Assembly: GCA_028534125.1 (NCBI GenBank)
Contig: CM052816.1
Coordinates: 33,730,001 to 33,794,000 of the forward strand
Direction: 5' to 3'
DNA length: 64,000 bases
Source: Lama glama
Taxonomy: Eukaryota
Made by a program: the position numbers and the translations under genes. The notes under the pieces were generated by a model. That model had not been told where the DNA came from. It saw only the letters and a list, made by a program, of their open reading frames with translations, and did not search any database. Positions 37,694 to 50,815 of the stretch are shown here, piece by piece; position 1 is the first letter of the stretch, and each line of letters opens with the position of its first letter.

Positions 37694-37999
37694 TTATCCT
37701 CGTGGTCCTCTCAATGTATATATGCCAAACACGATTCTGTGTAGCAGTTTACTTTCTCCACTCTGTAGACAAATGAGAATACAGTCTTTAAAACTGAATC
37801 TTAGTTCATTTTTGAGCAAACTTGGCCATTATTCCCATAATCTGTTTTTGTTTCTTCTTTTTTGTTGTTGTTGTTGTTTTTTAATTCTTGGGAAGCATGC
37901 TTGTTACTCTAGAGCTCTGTGAAATTTAAGAAACTGGTAAAACTGTGTCCAAGTAGAAGACTGGAGCTATTAGAGGAATTTTAAAAATGGTTAGCTTCA

Positions 38000-39915
38000 C
38001 ACAGAGGGTGATTTTTAGGGTGATGAATCTGATCTATCTGGTAGGTAGATTACTCTACACATGTGTCAAAACCCATAGTACTGTACACCATCAAGAGTGA
38101 ACTTTATAGTATGTAAGTTTTAAAAAAATCATCTAGAATTTTGGGTTGAGAGAACTCAGGATATTTGGAGAACCCAGACTATGACTAATTTAACTGTAAA
38201 ACAAGTGTATGACTTAACTTCACTGGAGGGATTGGGGATAAAGGGAGCTGACCTAAAGAACACTGGAAGGCAGGGTTTTGATTGATTATTGTAAGTCTAA
38301 AAACAGAAGAGAACTATTCGCAAGCATAGTACTCTGGTTGGTCGATATGTTTTTCACGGCAATATTTCAGCAATTCTGAAACTACCCTATTTGTATATTA
38401 GAAATGAACAAAGAAATAAATACATTGTAGATAATGAGAGCCAGATTTCTCACAGAGAAAGAAGTTACAAATGAATTAGAGAAGGCAGAGAACATGCTAA
38501 AATGAACCCTATGGTGCTAAGTTAGAGTTGGTGGTACATTATGAACTCATTAATTTTAATAACAATACAGATGTATAAAAACAGAAATAAGCTTAGATAT
38601 GTGTGTATATTTGGGTTAGTATACATACATGTATTTCTTAGCCCTGTCTACTAAGAGGTCCTAGGAAGACCCTTCAGGAGCAACAAATAGATCTAATTTC
38701 TAGATCTTGGTTTCTATGTACCGTTCTTCAATAAGAGGAATCAGGTCTCAGAGAAATGGCTGACTGTCAGTCTGGGACAAGGAAAACACCAGATTCTAGA
38801 GTATCTCATATGGTGCCCGAAGGTAAGGCACTAAAAGTAAAAGAGAAAAAGACAGAAAAGGAAGGTAGGGACATGTCAAAAGGGCACAGGAGGAGATAGA
38901 AAATAGCTGGAATGGCTAAAGCTGAATAATTTGAGCAACATGAGAAATAAAAACGGTGTAGAGTTATAACCCAGAGAAATAAAAGAAACGTGCCTAAGTC
39001 CATATTTATATAAATAAATGTCTAAGTAAATAAATAATGAACAAATAGATGGGGACACAGGAACATTCCTTACAGGTAAATTCCAATTCATAAATGCGGA
39101 AGATATGAAGGAAATATAAAATCACCGTTAGAGCCCCATAGTAATAATTGCTGGAAACAAGATCCACTAATGAATGCTAATATTAGTAGACACAACTTTA
39201 AGAAGAGAATATTTGCATAGCCTCAAAATATTTCCTCTAAATATTTATTAATTTGCTGGAATGGTTATAATAATGCCCAGAAATTGTTTGATACTGTTCT
39301 CTCTAGGAGATGGAGTTGGTTCCCCTCCTCTTGAGGGTGGGTTGGAAGAGAACGTGGAAAAGAGAAGATAACTGTAGAGTAGAGGGAACTGGGCACTCAT
39401 CACTTATCAAATAATCAAAGTTAATATCACCCATTGTAAGTCATATTGATATCATACACCCCCCCCTTGGAGTGATGCAGTGGGAAGAGCACTTCACTTC
39501 TATGGCTTTCTACCCCCAAACCTATTACCCAGGTTTAGGCATGGGAAACCATCAGACAAACACAATGTGAGGGACAGTCTACACACCACCTGACCAGTGC
39601 TCCTCAAAATGGTCAAGGACGTGAAAGACAAAGAAAGATCAAGAAACTCTCTTGGTCAGAGGAGACTGAGAGACATAGTGACTAAATCAATGGATAATCC
39701 TGGATTGGCTCTTGGGACAGAGAAAGAACATTAGCCGAAAAAAACAAAATCAGAATAAAACCTGCAGTTTAGTTAATCGCAGAACATGATGTTAATTTCA
39801 TAGTCTTGATGAATGAATCATGGCTGTGTAACTTAGGGGAAGCTGGTTGAAGAGTATATGGGACCTACCATTGCAGTTCTTCATAAAACCTAAAATTATT
39901 TCAAAATAAAGTTTA
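38000..39915 (+). mobile_element. Old L1MC/L1MD-type long 3' UTR
   Basis: 'gacatgtcaaaagggcacagg', 'catcagacaaacacaatgtgagggacagtctaca', ending 'cctaaaattatttcaaaataaagttta'. Confidence 0.8.
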
Positions 39916-41278
39916 CTAATAAAGTGATTGGTCCCAAACTACTTTCTCTTTCATTGTAAAATAATGTCAGTTTCCAAGGTGCTAGAAATAGCTCTAAGGA
40001 CAAATCAGAGATAACACTGAGTTCTGAAATAAAATCAGGAGGCTTTTATCAAAAGTCCTGCCAGAAATGTTTCAAACATTACCTAATCATGAGACTTTGA
40101 TATCAGAACTTCAAGGACAGTATTTTCAAGACTAAAAATATCTAAGAAAAATTAATACTCAATGATTTTAATAAAACATAAAAATACTTCTGTTTCTCCT
40201 ACTTATGAACCCTGTCTATAAGTTTTATAAGCTTTATAAATTTATAAGTTTCTCTCACAAGGCCAAGAAAGCCCCCCGAAAAATAAAAGTTGTTACTCTT
40301 GGATATTTTTGATAAAATTTTATCACCTGACTAATGCTCCACAGTTGACAATGGGTTTCCTAAAAATTTCTGAAATTACCTTGACTGAATGGATGAGTAA
40401 AACCAATAGTGTGATAATTGACATTAAAATAAGTCATAAAGCCCGTTTATGTTTAACCCCCAAATATGAAAATCTAGTACTTCTTTATCAATTTTGCATG
40501 CTATTTTAAAAATCCCCAGGAACATACAGGACATATCTCTAAGATGCTTTTCTTAATATGCAATGAATAAGTTGGTTAACTTAGACCCTGTACTGCTTCT
40601 GAAAGCTACTGAGGTACTTAGATCAGGAAATTCTTGTCCCATCTTTTTCAAGGTTTTGATTCCTTTAGGTGTGGGACTACTCATCTATGTGGTGCATATA
40701 GAATCTTGCAGGTTTAGATGAGCCAGGGAGGTTCCCCTGAAGCATAAGGAGGTATTCCCCTCTATTGCCCTGTTTGCCTTTCATACTTGCTTCATTTCTT
40801 ACATCAAAGTGAAAAACCCCTACCCTTCCTAGAAATGTGTCCAAAAATTTCCCATGTAGTCACAGTAATGCATTTTCAAAGCATGGAAACCTGTTCTGGA
40901 GGAGCATTCTTACATGTGATGGAGCCTTGGTCTATAATTGCAGAATGTAATGATTTCAAGCCCATTTCCATTATTAAACTTATAACTATACTATAGTATT
41001 CTGGACAGAAAAAAAAAAAAGAAAGAAAGGAAGGAAGTAATTGGCCCAATAACTGCTTCTCAGGACCTTACCACTGAAGGTGAATGAATATAATATATAT
41101 TATATAGGTCAAAAAAATTGATCCAATGCCAGAATGGACGATTATGTATTTGTATTTGACATATGCCCTTGCAGACATGCTGTAAGTGCCACTAATGAGT
41201 GGTTTTTCAGTCGTCTACATGCTAGATCCAGTGCTAGGCTTTGGGGTTGGATATAATCATATACAATTCACCTTCTTT

Positions 41279-41431
41279 TTTTGTTGTTTTTTTTTTTTGG
41301 AGGGGGATAGGTAATTAGGTTTGTTTATTTATTTATCTATTTATTTATTAATGGAGGCACTGGGTATTGAACCCAGGACCTCATGCATGCTAAGCATGTG
41401 CTCTATCACTAAGCTATATCCTCCGCCTGTA
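41279..41431 (-). mobile_element. tRNA-derived camelid SINE (Vic-1-like) with 11-bp TSD
   Basis: Reverse strand reads 'ggatatagcttagtgatagagcacatgcttagcatgcatgaggtcctgggttcaatacccagtgcctccattaataaataaa'. TSD tcaccttcttt at 41268-41278 and 41432-41442. Confidence 0.92.
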
Positions 41432-42624
41432 TCACCTTCTTTGCTGTTAAGCGGTGAGAAGGGCAATACCACAAAGGTTGGGCTCAAGGATGATGACTTA
41501 GTTTTGAGCAGCATGACATTCACTTTGTTCACCTACCGAATCAAGCAAGGAAGCAATGGAAACAAAACAACAATATCTAGCACACTTGGTGGCTTGCTTG
41601 GGCTCAGTTCCCCATTGTTTTCTTGTTGCTTATGGAAGCACGCTTGAAAGTTTAGAGGGTTTTTCTATCTTCATGGAGTGAGAAATCCATTTAGAGCTAC
41701 CTAGGACTTTGGGCTCACTCACTATTACACTTTTATTGTGGGTTGTGGGTGGGAATCTTGAGGCTACCATGCAGTCCTCAAGGATTGGTATTCATACCAT
41801 GAAAGGATCTGATTTTATTCTGCTTAAGCCATGAGCCCCAACGTCTGGAATCTAGGTTCATAGATCCTTTCCCGGCCAAGCTGCATAATGATGTGACACT
41901 TCCAGAGTATTGCATATAAACTAACTTCTGCTGTGTTTCATTTCTTACTGAGCCATTAGATCTCCTTATTTCAATACAGTAGACCTAGCCAGGGTCTACC
42001 ACTGTCCACCCCTTGGTTGCTAACCGATTTCTTTCAACTCTCAATGGTGTATATAGATGCTGTTGCCTCTGCAAATTGGCAGCAGTACATTTTCCACTTT
42101 AAAAAGTAAGGGGTAAAGAATAGAAGAGAGTAGTTTTAATTCCTTATTCCAATAGATCTGACTAAAGTGGAATCATTATACCTGTCAGTGTAAGAGGCAA
42201 AATATTTTGAACAAACCAACATCAGTCCTGGTGTTACTGTAAAGTCCATGAGAGTAACTTAATTCTCAAACTTTGAAATAAATTACAATGTAGATCACTG
42301 CAGCCAAATAATATCTTTGAAAAAAGCTGACAATATTATTTTTTGTTGTTATTTTAAAAATAAGCACCTGTCATCAGTTTTCAGAAAAGTTAGCAAATGC
42401 TACCCACTTTCATTTCTGATTTCATATTTGTAATTTTTTTTAAGTAAAAATTCTATAAACTTCAGAGCCCATGACACCTGGAACCCTTCCCTAAACATTT
42501 AACAGTATTTTGTTTTTTGTCTGTTTCCAAATATCTCAGTTTATTTATTTGATATTTTACTTTTTACTATGTCATGTTTAATTGCTAATATCTAATGAAG
42601 ATAAAATTATCACTATTAGTATTA

Positions 42625-42850
42625 GTCAGTATTTATAACTAAGTGCTAAGCGTTGTTCTACATGCATTACTTTCACATTAACTTAATCCTTTCAGTGACC
42701 CTCTGAGACAGAGCCTATCATTATTTCTGTTTTACCAATGAGGAAATAAGCACAGGAAGCCCTGGTCTAAGATCACACAGTATATGGTAGAGCTGGGATT
42801 TGAACTAAGGCTGTTTGGCTCTAGAGTCCACGTACTTAAACACTACTGCT
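42625..42850 (-). mobile_element. MIR SINE
   Basis: 'ttttaccaatgaggaaataagcacagg...aagatcacacag...ggtagagctgggatttgaactaaggctgtttggctctagag'. Confidence 0.85.
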
Positions 42851-43989
42851 GTATATGGAAGCTTTTGAAGAAATATAAATATAGAAAGATAATAATATTA
42901 GAAAGCAAAAATAAGCATGTGTTCATAAAATGAAGCCAAAACTGAAAGTTATTACTCAGAATGAAAACCATGAAGTACAATATGGTTGTTAAGGGAACTC
43001 AGAGGTAAATTCAGCTCTAAGCTTTCATCACAATCAAGGAAATATGATCAGACTTATCACTCAGAGACTTGTGGGAAAGCTCTATTTCCCCTTATACAAA
43101 TTGAGGTAAAATTGTACACTTAGGGCCCCAAATCCTGTTCCACGTAGCACTGCAAATTGAGGCCATAGGTACACCATAAGGCACCTGAAGACATTTAGCT
43201 TTAAAATATTACTGCTTACAGATAGATGTTCTCCAGTAATCTCGTTATAAAGTGCTGTGTATACCAGAGGGATTGCATGACATAGTGAGATTATTATCCA
43301 TATAGCTCAGTTACTGAAAAGCTTAACTAGTGATTTGGTCAAACAGAGCACAACTTTTATCTCCCTCCATAGTTAAACTTTATTGAAAGAAGTAGTAGTC
43401 CCTTGACACTAAAGGAAAGCTCTGACAGTCCAAGAACTTTTGCTGACTTTTGAGTAATGCATAGTCACTTTAACCACAGACAGTAGCTCAGTTCATTAAT
43501 TGGAGTTTCCAGATCTGTGTAATAGTCAAAACTTTGAAGTTGACTTATTAACATGTCATCTCCTTTTGCCCACTTTGGATTAGCTTCAGGTTGTTGCCTT
43601 TTCCTGTTTTTTGTTTGGTTTGGTTTTTGCAGTGTACTGCAAGCTGTATTCTCTGGTCCAGAGGCCACATGAAGCCTCTCCCTTGGAATGCTTTCATGCT
43701 TTTCTCATAATTTGCTGCTAAACCCATTCATCTGCGGTTCCCTTGACTAAGGCAGACAAATCTCTATTCCAGCAGAGCATTTTCAACTTCTTCCATAGCC
43801 CTGAGTAGTTTGGTGTTCACCTCCATCTTCCTGATACTTGGGTTCACTCACATTTCTAGAAAGGCCTGTTAGATAGGACCCAGCTCTTGGCATAACCCTA
43901 ACCCTAACCTAGCACTATGCTGCAACTGTCTTCAGGGAGCTGTGGTAATACTCATGGAAACTTTCCTCTGGCTATTTCTTCTGGTCCAC

Positions 43990-44337
43990 GTGGCATTGGT
44001 GGCAGTCACTCGCTGATACAACTGGAGGATGCACTGGTCTTGAGTGTCTAAGACTTAAATATTTGGTGCTTTGGTTGGAATTAGCTGGGAAGTTGGCTGT
44101 TATTCAGAGTGTTTACCCATGGCTTCTCTGGCATGGTGGTCTCAAGGAAGACAATTTATTACACGGCAGTGCAGGGTTTCCAGAGAGAGTGTTCTAAAAG
44201 AGAGGAAATGGACCAGAAATTGGCACTTAATCATTTTCACTACATATTACATGGGGACTACCTGAATTCAAGGAATATAGCCTCTACCCTTTCATGAGTG
44301 GACTATTAAAAAAAATGTGATCATCTTTTCCACCATA
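43990..44337 (-). mobile_element. MLT1 (MaLR) LTR fragment
   Basis: 'cccatggcttctctggcatggtggtctcaagg...cagggtttccagagagagtgttc'. Confidence 0.6.
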
Positions 44338-45429
44338 GCCACTGACAAGCTCTGTGAGTGTAGGTCAAACTCCATGCAACTATTTCTGTTTTGTTGCTGG
44401 GACGCTTTTTAGTTTTCTCTTCCAAGGGTCAGGCACTTATATGCTGCATCACTCAACTACACAGAACGTATTTCAAAACTCCCAACTTGCTCCCATGAAA
44501 ATCCCCGTCACAAAGCTTAAGGTAGGAGTGAGGACTCACAGCAGGAAAGCAGCTGTGTCTAAAGAAATCTCTTCACCGACCTTCTGCTCTCCACAATCTG
44601 ATGCCTACTGATATCCTTGATCTGGATATCCTGGATCCAGGAGTTGTGCAATGATTCTGACACATTTTCTATGTAAATTTTGCATGTGGGGATTTGCCCC
44701 ACACTGACTTTGATTTATGACACATAAGATATTGGCACCTCGGTTGAAACTAAGGTAGAGAGAGTTCCATTCTAATGTCCTGTTGGGGGAGACAAGGAGG
44801 AGTTCGGTGATCAGAAGAGTTTATGTTTTGGATGACCAGCAAGACAGAAAGGGATATGGGCCCAGTTTGCTGAAAGTGTGCCAAGAAAAAGCCTTATAGT
44901 CCTCAGAACTCAGCAGGAGAGAGGAACTTGAACCTCTCCTCTCTTGATTCAGCTTGTCCTAAAAGTAGGGTGGTAGAGAGATCCTACTGTTCACAGGGCA
45001 GGGCGGCAGTGGGGGCTTGACCACACCCTTAAACTGAGAGGTGGGCCTAAGGCTGGAAAGGCAGCAGTTCTGTGAGATGTAAGAGTGGAGGTGGGGGGCC
45101 CGGGTTGGGGTAGGGCAGACCTGAGCCAAGTGAGCTCGGGGACTCAGTCTACTAGAGTGTCCACCATCACTGGAAGGGAAGAATAGCTGGAAAGACAAGA
45201 AACAGACAGAGAGAAAGTGTATCTTTCTGAAGTCCTCGAGGAGAACACTGCTCAGGGCTGAAAGTGATGTTTCATAAGCTGTTTAGGAGTGAGACCCCCA
45301 AGAGCCTGCTCAAGTCACAGCACTTTGCTAAAGTGACTTCTGTGTCCTGTGGACTTAAACTACTTGTGGATCAGAGCTGAATCGAAGCAAGCATTTCTTC
45401 TCTAGCCAATATTTGTATTTATAGTGACT

Positions 45430-46495
45430 TCCTATTAAAGAGTAAATGATAACAAAGAGTGAGAAAGAGTAACTTCACAGTGGAGAAACCTGACAGAGGC
45501 CTGCCTCAGCCAGGTGATTAAGACTGATATCGTCAGTGACAAGTCATGACAGCATGTACCCTGGATGTGATGAGATGGGGCACTTTACCTCCATGATTTC
45601 CTTCTAAGGACCCATAACCCTGGTCTAATCCTGAGAAAAACAGCAGACAAACGCTAATTGAGGGACATCCTGCAAAATATGAGTCCAGTACTCCTCCAAC
45701 TCGTCACGGTCTTTAAAAATAAGTGAAGTTTGAGAAACTGTCACAGCCTAAGGAAATATGATGATGACATGAAGTGTGGTATCCTGGATCCTGGAACAGA
45801 AAAAGGACCTTAGGTGAAAACTAAGGAAATTTGAAGGTAGTATGTGCTGGGCCAACTAACATTCTTCAAAGTCCAACGATCCCCATTCCTGGGCTCTCCG
45901 ATGTCTGCCTGCGATCCCTCAACAGATAAAGTACTCTCTTTACTGAGCGTGTTTCCCCTAACAAACTAATATCCCCAGGTAATGCTCAGGCTGGCTTGCT
46001 TCAGCCCATCTTATCAGAGTCAAACCCCACTGCCTTTCATGGACCCTAAACCTCTTACCTCACCTGCAACCAATCAGAGACTTGTGCACAGCCGGTAAGT
46101 CACCTTGTGACCCGACCTTACAAAAGACCCCAACACTGGCCCTCGGTGCTCACACAGGCACCTCTCGTCTATGTGGCCTGCTGTTGTCCATGACAGTGCA
46201 CCCTAATGAACTCCTTTCTATTCCCATACTTTATCTCTGGTAAATTCTTTTTATCAACCTGCATGTCACTGGCTCACTGACCAGCCACCCTGCTGTGTCC
46301 CACAACAGTATGGACTTCAGTTAATAATAATAATATGTTGGAATTAGTTTATTAATTGTAACAATGCACCATACTAACATTAGAGGTTGCTAGGGGAGAC
46401 TGGGTGCAGGGTGTATGGGATCTCTCTGTACTATCTTTGAAATGGTAATTTTTGTGTAATTCTATATGTGTTCTAAAAAATGAAGTCAATTAAAA
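45430..46495 (+). mobile_element. L1MC/L1MD-type 3' end, split by a solo LTR
   Basis: Homologous to 39360-39910; rejoins across the LTR as 'gaaatttgaaggtagtatggacttcagttaataataat'. Confidence 0.8.
45845..46307 (+). mobile_element. Complete solo LTR (463 bp), TG...CA with perfect 5-bp TSD; family not recognised
   Basis: TSD gtatg at 45840-45844 and 46308-46312; CCAAT box near 46070; decayed TATA 'tacaaaag' and decayed polyA signal 'aatgaa'. Confidence 0.85.
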
Positions 46496-46619
46496 ATGTG
46501 TGTACCACTTGCAAAAGTAAATATGAAACTAATATTTAAAGAGGCCCAAATCATTAGCCTGCCTGCATTTACAGTACAAATGTCCTATTACAATTACTTT
46601 TTTCCCCTTCCCTTCACTT

Positions 46620-47470
46620 TTCACACAGGCACTGAATATTTTCCCTGAATTGCTGCCACCTCTTTCTGATTAGTCTCTATGCTTCAGTTTCTTTTCCCTC
46701 CTGACCCTGCACCCGACAGTCACTTCATAATTCAGTTGTTGTCTGGTAGCTAATTTTCTGGTTTAAAAATTCCCTAGACACCTCACCAGTGCTCCCTGTT
46801 TAAAAGGCATTCTCCTGGACATTTAATGCCTTCCAAGATTTGGTCCAAAAGTTCTTCTGAGTGCACTTCTATCAGTCATTCCTCACATTAGCCTCAATGT
46901 GCCAACTCAGTGGTTTTGAGGCTTTAAAATATTGTTAGTGAACAGAGCCTTGTTTTTCCCAAATAAAATGTTATGTAGAGACCCAAGTTACAAATCAGAT
47001 AATAAGACCGTGGCTGGTGTGGCTTGGGTCCATTCAGTCCCCTGCCTCAGGATCTGTTGGAGGTCATCCGAATACTCTCTGGGTCAGTGGACTATTCACT
47101 GCACCCCTGCTTTCTTCTTGATTAATTTTATGTTCATGTTTCTGCCAGTGACTTAGCCAAAAATGCCCTTCCTGTACTTCTGTCACTGTTTACTCTCTTT
47201 CTTCAATTACTGCTCTTGCTTGAGGACTTCTCAAATTGCCCTGCCAGAATTTCCTTCTCACTCCCTTGGAGTTCTTGGCCCTTGACTTGAACTTTTGTTA
47301 CGGCACTGAATGCATGCTATCTTTGTCAGAATGATCTGATTATACTTCTCCTCCTCATTAGTCTATAAGCACCTTGAGGCGGGAGCTGTGGTTTTTGTAT
47401 CTGTGTGTTCCTCACAACAGGTGCACGATGTCTGTGCTTAGCAGACTTTTGGTTAGTGCCAACTGAAACA
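46620..47470 (+). mobile_element. L2 LINE fragment(s)
   Basis: Ends 'ttagtctataagcaccttgaggcgggagctgtgg...gcacgatgtctgtgcttagcagac'. Confidence 0.6.
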
Positions 47471-48644
47471 GAAGGTAGATGCTGTAGGTAGAAGAATGAG
47501 TGCCTTGAATTTACTCCAACTTGGACTCATAGTTCTGCTTTAGACCCTTAGCCTGCCTCTGATTCTCGATACCTGTTTTCTCCTCTCACACTCTTACTTC
47601 TTTTTCCACTCATGGATGCCTGTTGGACAACTAAATTTGCCAGCTTCCCATGCTTAGAGAGACCTCTGGAGAATGTATCTTCAGAGTCATTACACTGTGT
47701 CCTCCCTCCTTGTCCCATGCTCCCAAAGCCCAGTCCAGTGCCTGGGACATCATAGGTATTCAACTTATGTTTGTTAATTGATTGAATACATGAGAATGAT
47801 TTTGAAAGAGAACATTTTCTCTTTAAGCCAAAGCTGGCTGCTCTTAGCCTGTGTTGCTGTAGAGAGTCAGCTGCAGCAACTTCACAGCTACCCGTGGAAA
47901 GAAACTGCGATGATTCTGAAAGTGATCTCTGGCATTCCAGTTCAGATCTGGGGCTAACTTCCTGGCTCTGCAACTCAGCTCTCATATCTGTACAAACCTC
48001 CTATTTACACTGTGTTATTTAGTCTGGTTTTCCCCTTGAATGCCATTCTTGATAATGATTTACAAATATTTATTCTTGATAAAAATGCCAGAGTAGAGTA
48101 CGGAGTGTGACTTTACCCCGACCCTGCGCTCTGCAGATGGCCCTAAACACAACCACAGTCATCAGAGCCGTGCAGATCACAGCACGTGGCTCAGTGAGAG
48201 GGTATGCTTGCTGGGTGCATTTTTGAATGGTGATGGCTTGAGGGTAAGGAAGAGTAAGGTATTATTTTTTCAGCTTTAATAGCTACCTTTAAAATCACAC
48301 GAAGGTTATAGCCTGAATTTCCAAACTTGTTTACTTGTTTTTCTTGCCACAACTTGCAAAACAAAATGTCACTGTCACATATACACAAATAAAGGCATTG
48401 AAAATGCTAATTTATTGGTTTAAAATCACATAAATGCATTCGTTGTAAAAGATTCAAATGCAAAGTTTTGAATAGCATACAAAATATACTGAACAAAATG
48501 AGAGCATTTGCCCTCTCATGCCTAACTTCTTTCCTAAGTGGTAACCACACTTCCACGTTTGCTGGTCATTTTTTCATCCCATTTTACATAGATGTTTATT
48601 TTCCTTAATTATTTTATTCTAATATATATTATACTTAGATTAAA

Positions 48645-48925
48645 CTGTATGTATCAGGATTTAATTTTAGCTACAGGTTTCAAGACTGAATAACTTAACC
48701 ATTTATTTAAGCATTATTTCCATCAAATAATAAAAAGCCCAAAATTTCTAGGAAGCTCTACAATGCCCAGAGGGACCCAGGCTCTTTCTATCTTTCTAAT
48801 TCTATCCTTAGTTGTAGCTTTTGCCCACACGCTTGTTGCCTCAAGACTCCAAAACAGCTGCTACATCAGCAGCATTTTCCCACATTCCATATAGCAGGGA
48901 AAAGGACAAAGAGCAATGGCTGACT
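48645..48925 (-). mobile_element. Old MLT1 LTR fragment
   Basis: 'tgtatcaggatttaattttagctac...agggacccaggctctttctatctttct...cagctgctacatcagcagcatttt'. Confidence 0.65.
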
Positions 48926-49964
48926 TTTTTTTTTTTTTTGGTAATGTCCCCTTGAAAACTACTGTGTGAGTGAGAGTCACATGGAGCTTGCAAACTGCAG
49001 CTAACCTCATCTGTCAGCACCTACGAGCTCTCCCCACTTTATCCCAATAGCAGTGCAAGTCCTCTCAAAATGTAACAGCCAGTTACCTCCCTACCTCTAC
49101 TTTTACATTAGCTGATATCAATAATTTGTTTCCCAGTTCTTGTTCTTTCTGCTCCAACCTCTTTCCTTTTTGAGGCAGCAGAATTTACCCTTTTATTTTA
49201 AAATAATTATAGAGTCCCAGGTAGTTGCAATATACCCTTTACCAGTTCTCCCCGATGACTCCATCTTCATAATTATAATATCAAAACCAGGAATTTGGCA
49301 TTAGTACAGGGTATACGTACAGAGGTAGCAGATTCTTGCTTACATTACTGTTATCTCTTTAAATGCCTCTCGTAAGACCCACAGTTTCTTCTTGTGATTA
49401 ATGCCCAAGTTGGGCTGACAGTGTGCAGAAGTCACAGTGATGCCGTGTGTTCTATGCCAGTTTTTCTTGGGCAGAAGCCTTCCAAGTCAAACATGTCTTC
49501 AACATCAGGAATCCATTCTGTGTAATTTGGCAAGAGAGTTAAAACACAGTGCATATAGGAAATGTGGTTTGTGTAGGAAGATCTCAAAAGATATTTGGTA
49601 AGCTTTAACATAGTTTAATCATTATCATAGCCAATAACTATAGAATATAATAGAGCTGTTTTACTTTGTTGTGTTTACTTTAGGTTACTTTATTGTGGAA
49701 TGCTTTACAGTTAACAAAATGCCTTTATATCCATTTTCTCATTTTATTTTCACAATTATATTATGTTGAAAAGGGAATATTAAATTATGTTGTTTTTCCT
49801 GTTTAACAAATGTAAAACTGTGACTTAGAGACAGTAAAGAAAACGAGTGGAATGGGGGAGAAGGCATTCAGTGCTATGATAAGGTTGTCCTACCCCAAAC
49901 ACCAATTTATCAATTCTGTTTTCATCTGAATGTTAGCAATCTGGTTAAAAATTGAGGTGTTCTT

Positions 49965-50152
49965 TAAGTGTGAAGACACCAGGTAAAGAGGCAGCAAGAA
50001 GGTGGCTATCTAGAGAGCCCTTATAAGAGAGTTCTTACTAGAACTCAACCATGTTGTCACCCTGATCTCAGACTTCAAGCCTCCAGAACTGTTTTGTTTA
50101 AACCACTCATTCCATGGCATTTTGTTATGACAGTCCAACTTTACTAAAACAA
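49965..50152 (+). mobile_element. MLT1A/B LTR 3' part
   Basis: 'cagcaagaaggtggctatct...caccctgatctcagacttcaagcctccagaactg...ggcattttgttatgacagtcc...actaaaaca'; retains U5 and the CA end. Confidence 0.8.
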
Positions 50153-50604
50153 CCTCTGAGGTTTTGGAATGGTTGTCTCCAGATTTCTATACTTTAAAGC
50201 CCATTAAAAAACTCACGGACTTACCTACTTACTGATGTCTGTGATAGTCACAATTCCAGATATACTTGGTTTTGTGGTTTGGGGACAACAGAAGAGTAGT
50301 AGAGAGGTAGGCATCCCAGTATCAGAACTCCTGGCTGGTATCATGACACTGATTGAAATGACCCTAACTATGCTGTTTTTAGAGAATAATAATAATATTA
50401 CATGAATAATTTGTTTCCATACTATTGGGTTTACACTGAATAGCCTAAAGAAAATACAATCATATTTTCTGGTCCTGCAGTATTTCTTATTAAGGTTTAA
50501 GTTGTAATATGAGATCACCTATTTTTCAACATTCAGCACATTTTTAATGTTCCATTACATTGGACAAGGAAATATACCCAAGATCTTAGAGAAATAAAAA
50601 CTGA

Positions 50605-50815
50605 AGAAGATGGCTCTGCCACTAATTTGTTGGCCTTATGCCTTAGTCCTTTTTTATACCTTAGTCTTTTTACATTTAAGTTCCTTTGTTTGTAAAATAT
50701 AGATAGTAACAGTATCTCTCCCATAGGGCCTTTGTGAGGACTAAATTAATTGTTAAGGAAGGCATGTAGAGCAGTGCCTAGCACTTAGTTTATACATATT
50801 AACTATTGTTAATAA
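50605..50815 (+). mobile_element. MIR SINE
   Basis: 'ggctctgccactaatttgttggccttatg...gttcctttgtttgtaaaatatagatagtaacagtatctctcccatagggcctttgtgagg'. Confidence 0.75.

Noticed and set aside
41350..41425. tRNA-like sequence, also seen at 6085, 19510 and 28469
   Set aside because: These are SINE bodies with tails and TSDs, not tRNA genes.
43893..43911. Telomere-like taaccctaaccctaacct
   Set aside because: Only about 3 units; too short to call an interstitial telomeric insertion.
44629..44642. Perfect 14-bp palindrome tcctggatccagga
   Set aside because: A few of this length are expected by chance in 64 kb, and there is no supporting context.
47548..47985. 145-aa minus-strand ORF
   Set aside because: It runs through an L2 3' end (about 47720-47790), resembles no known protein and lacks exon context.
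48128..48145. CTCF-like tctgcagatggccc
   Set aside because: Several mismatches to the core motif; cannot be supported without data.
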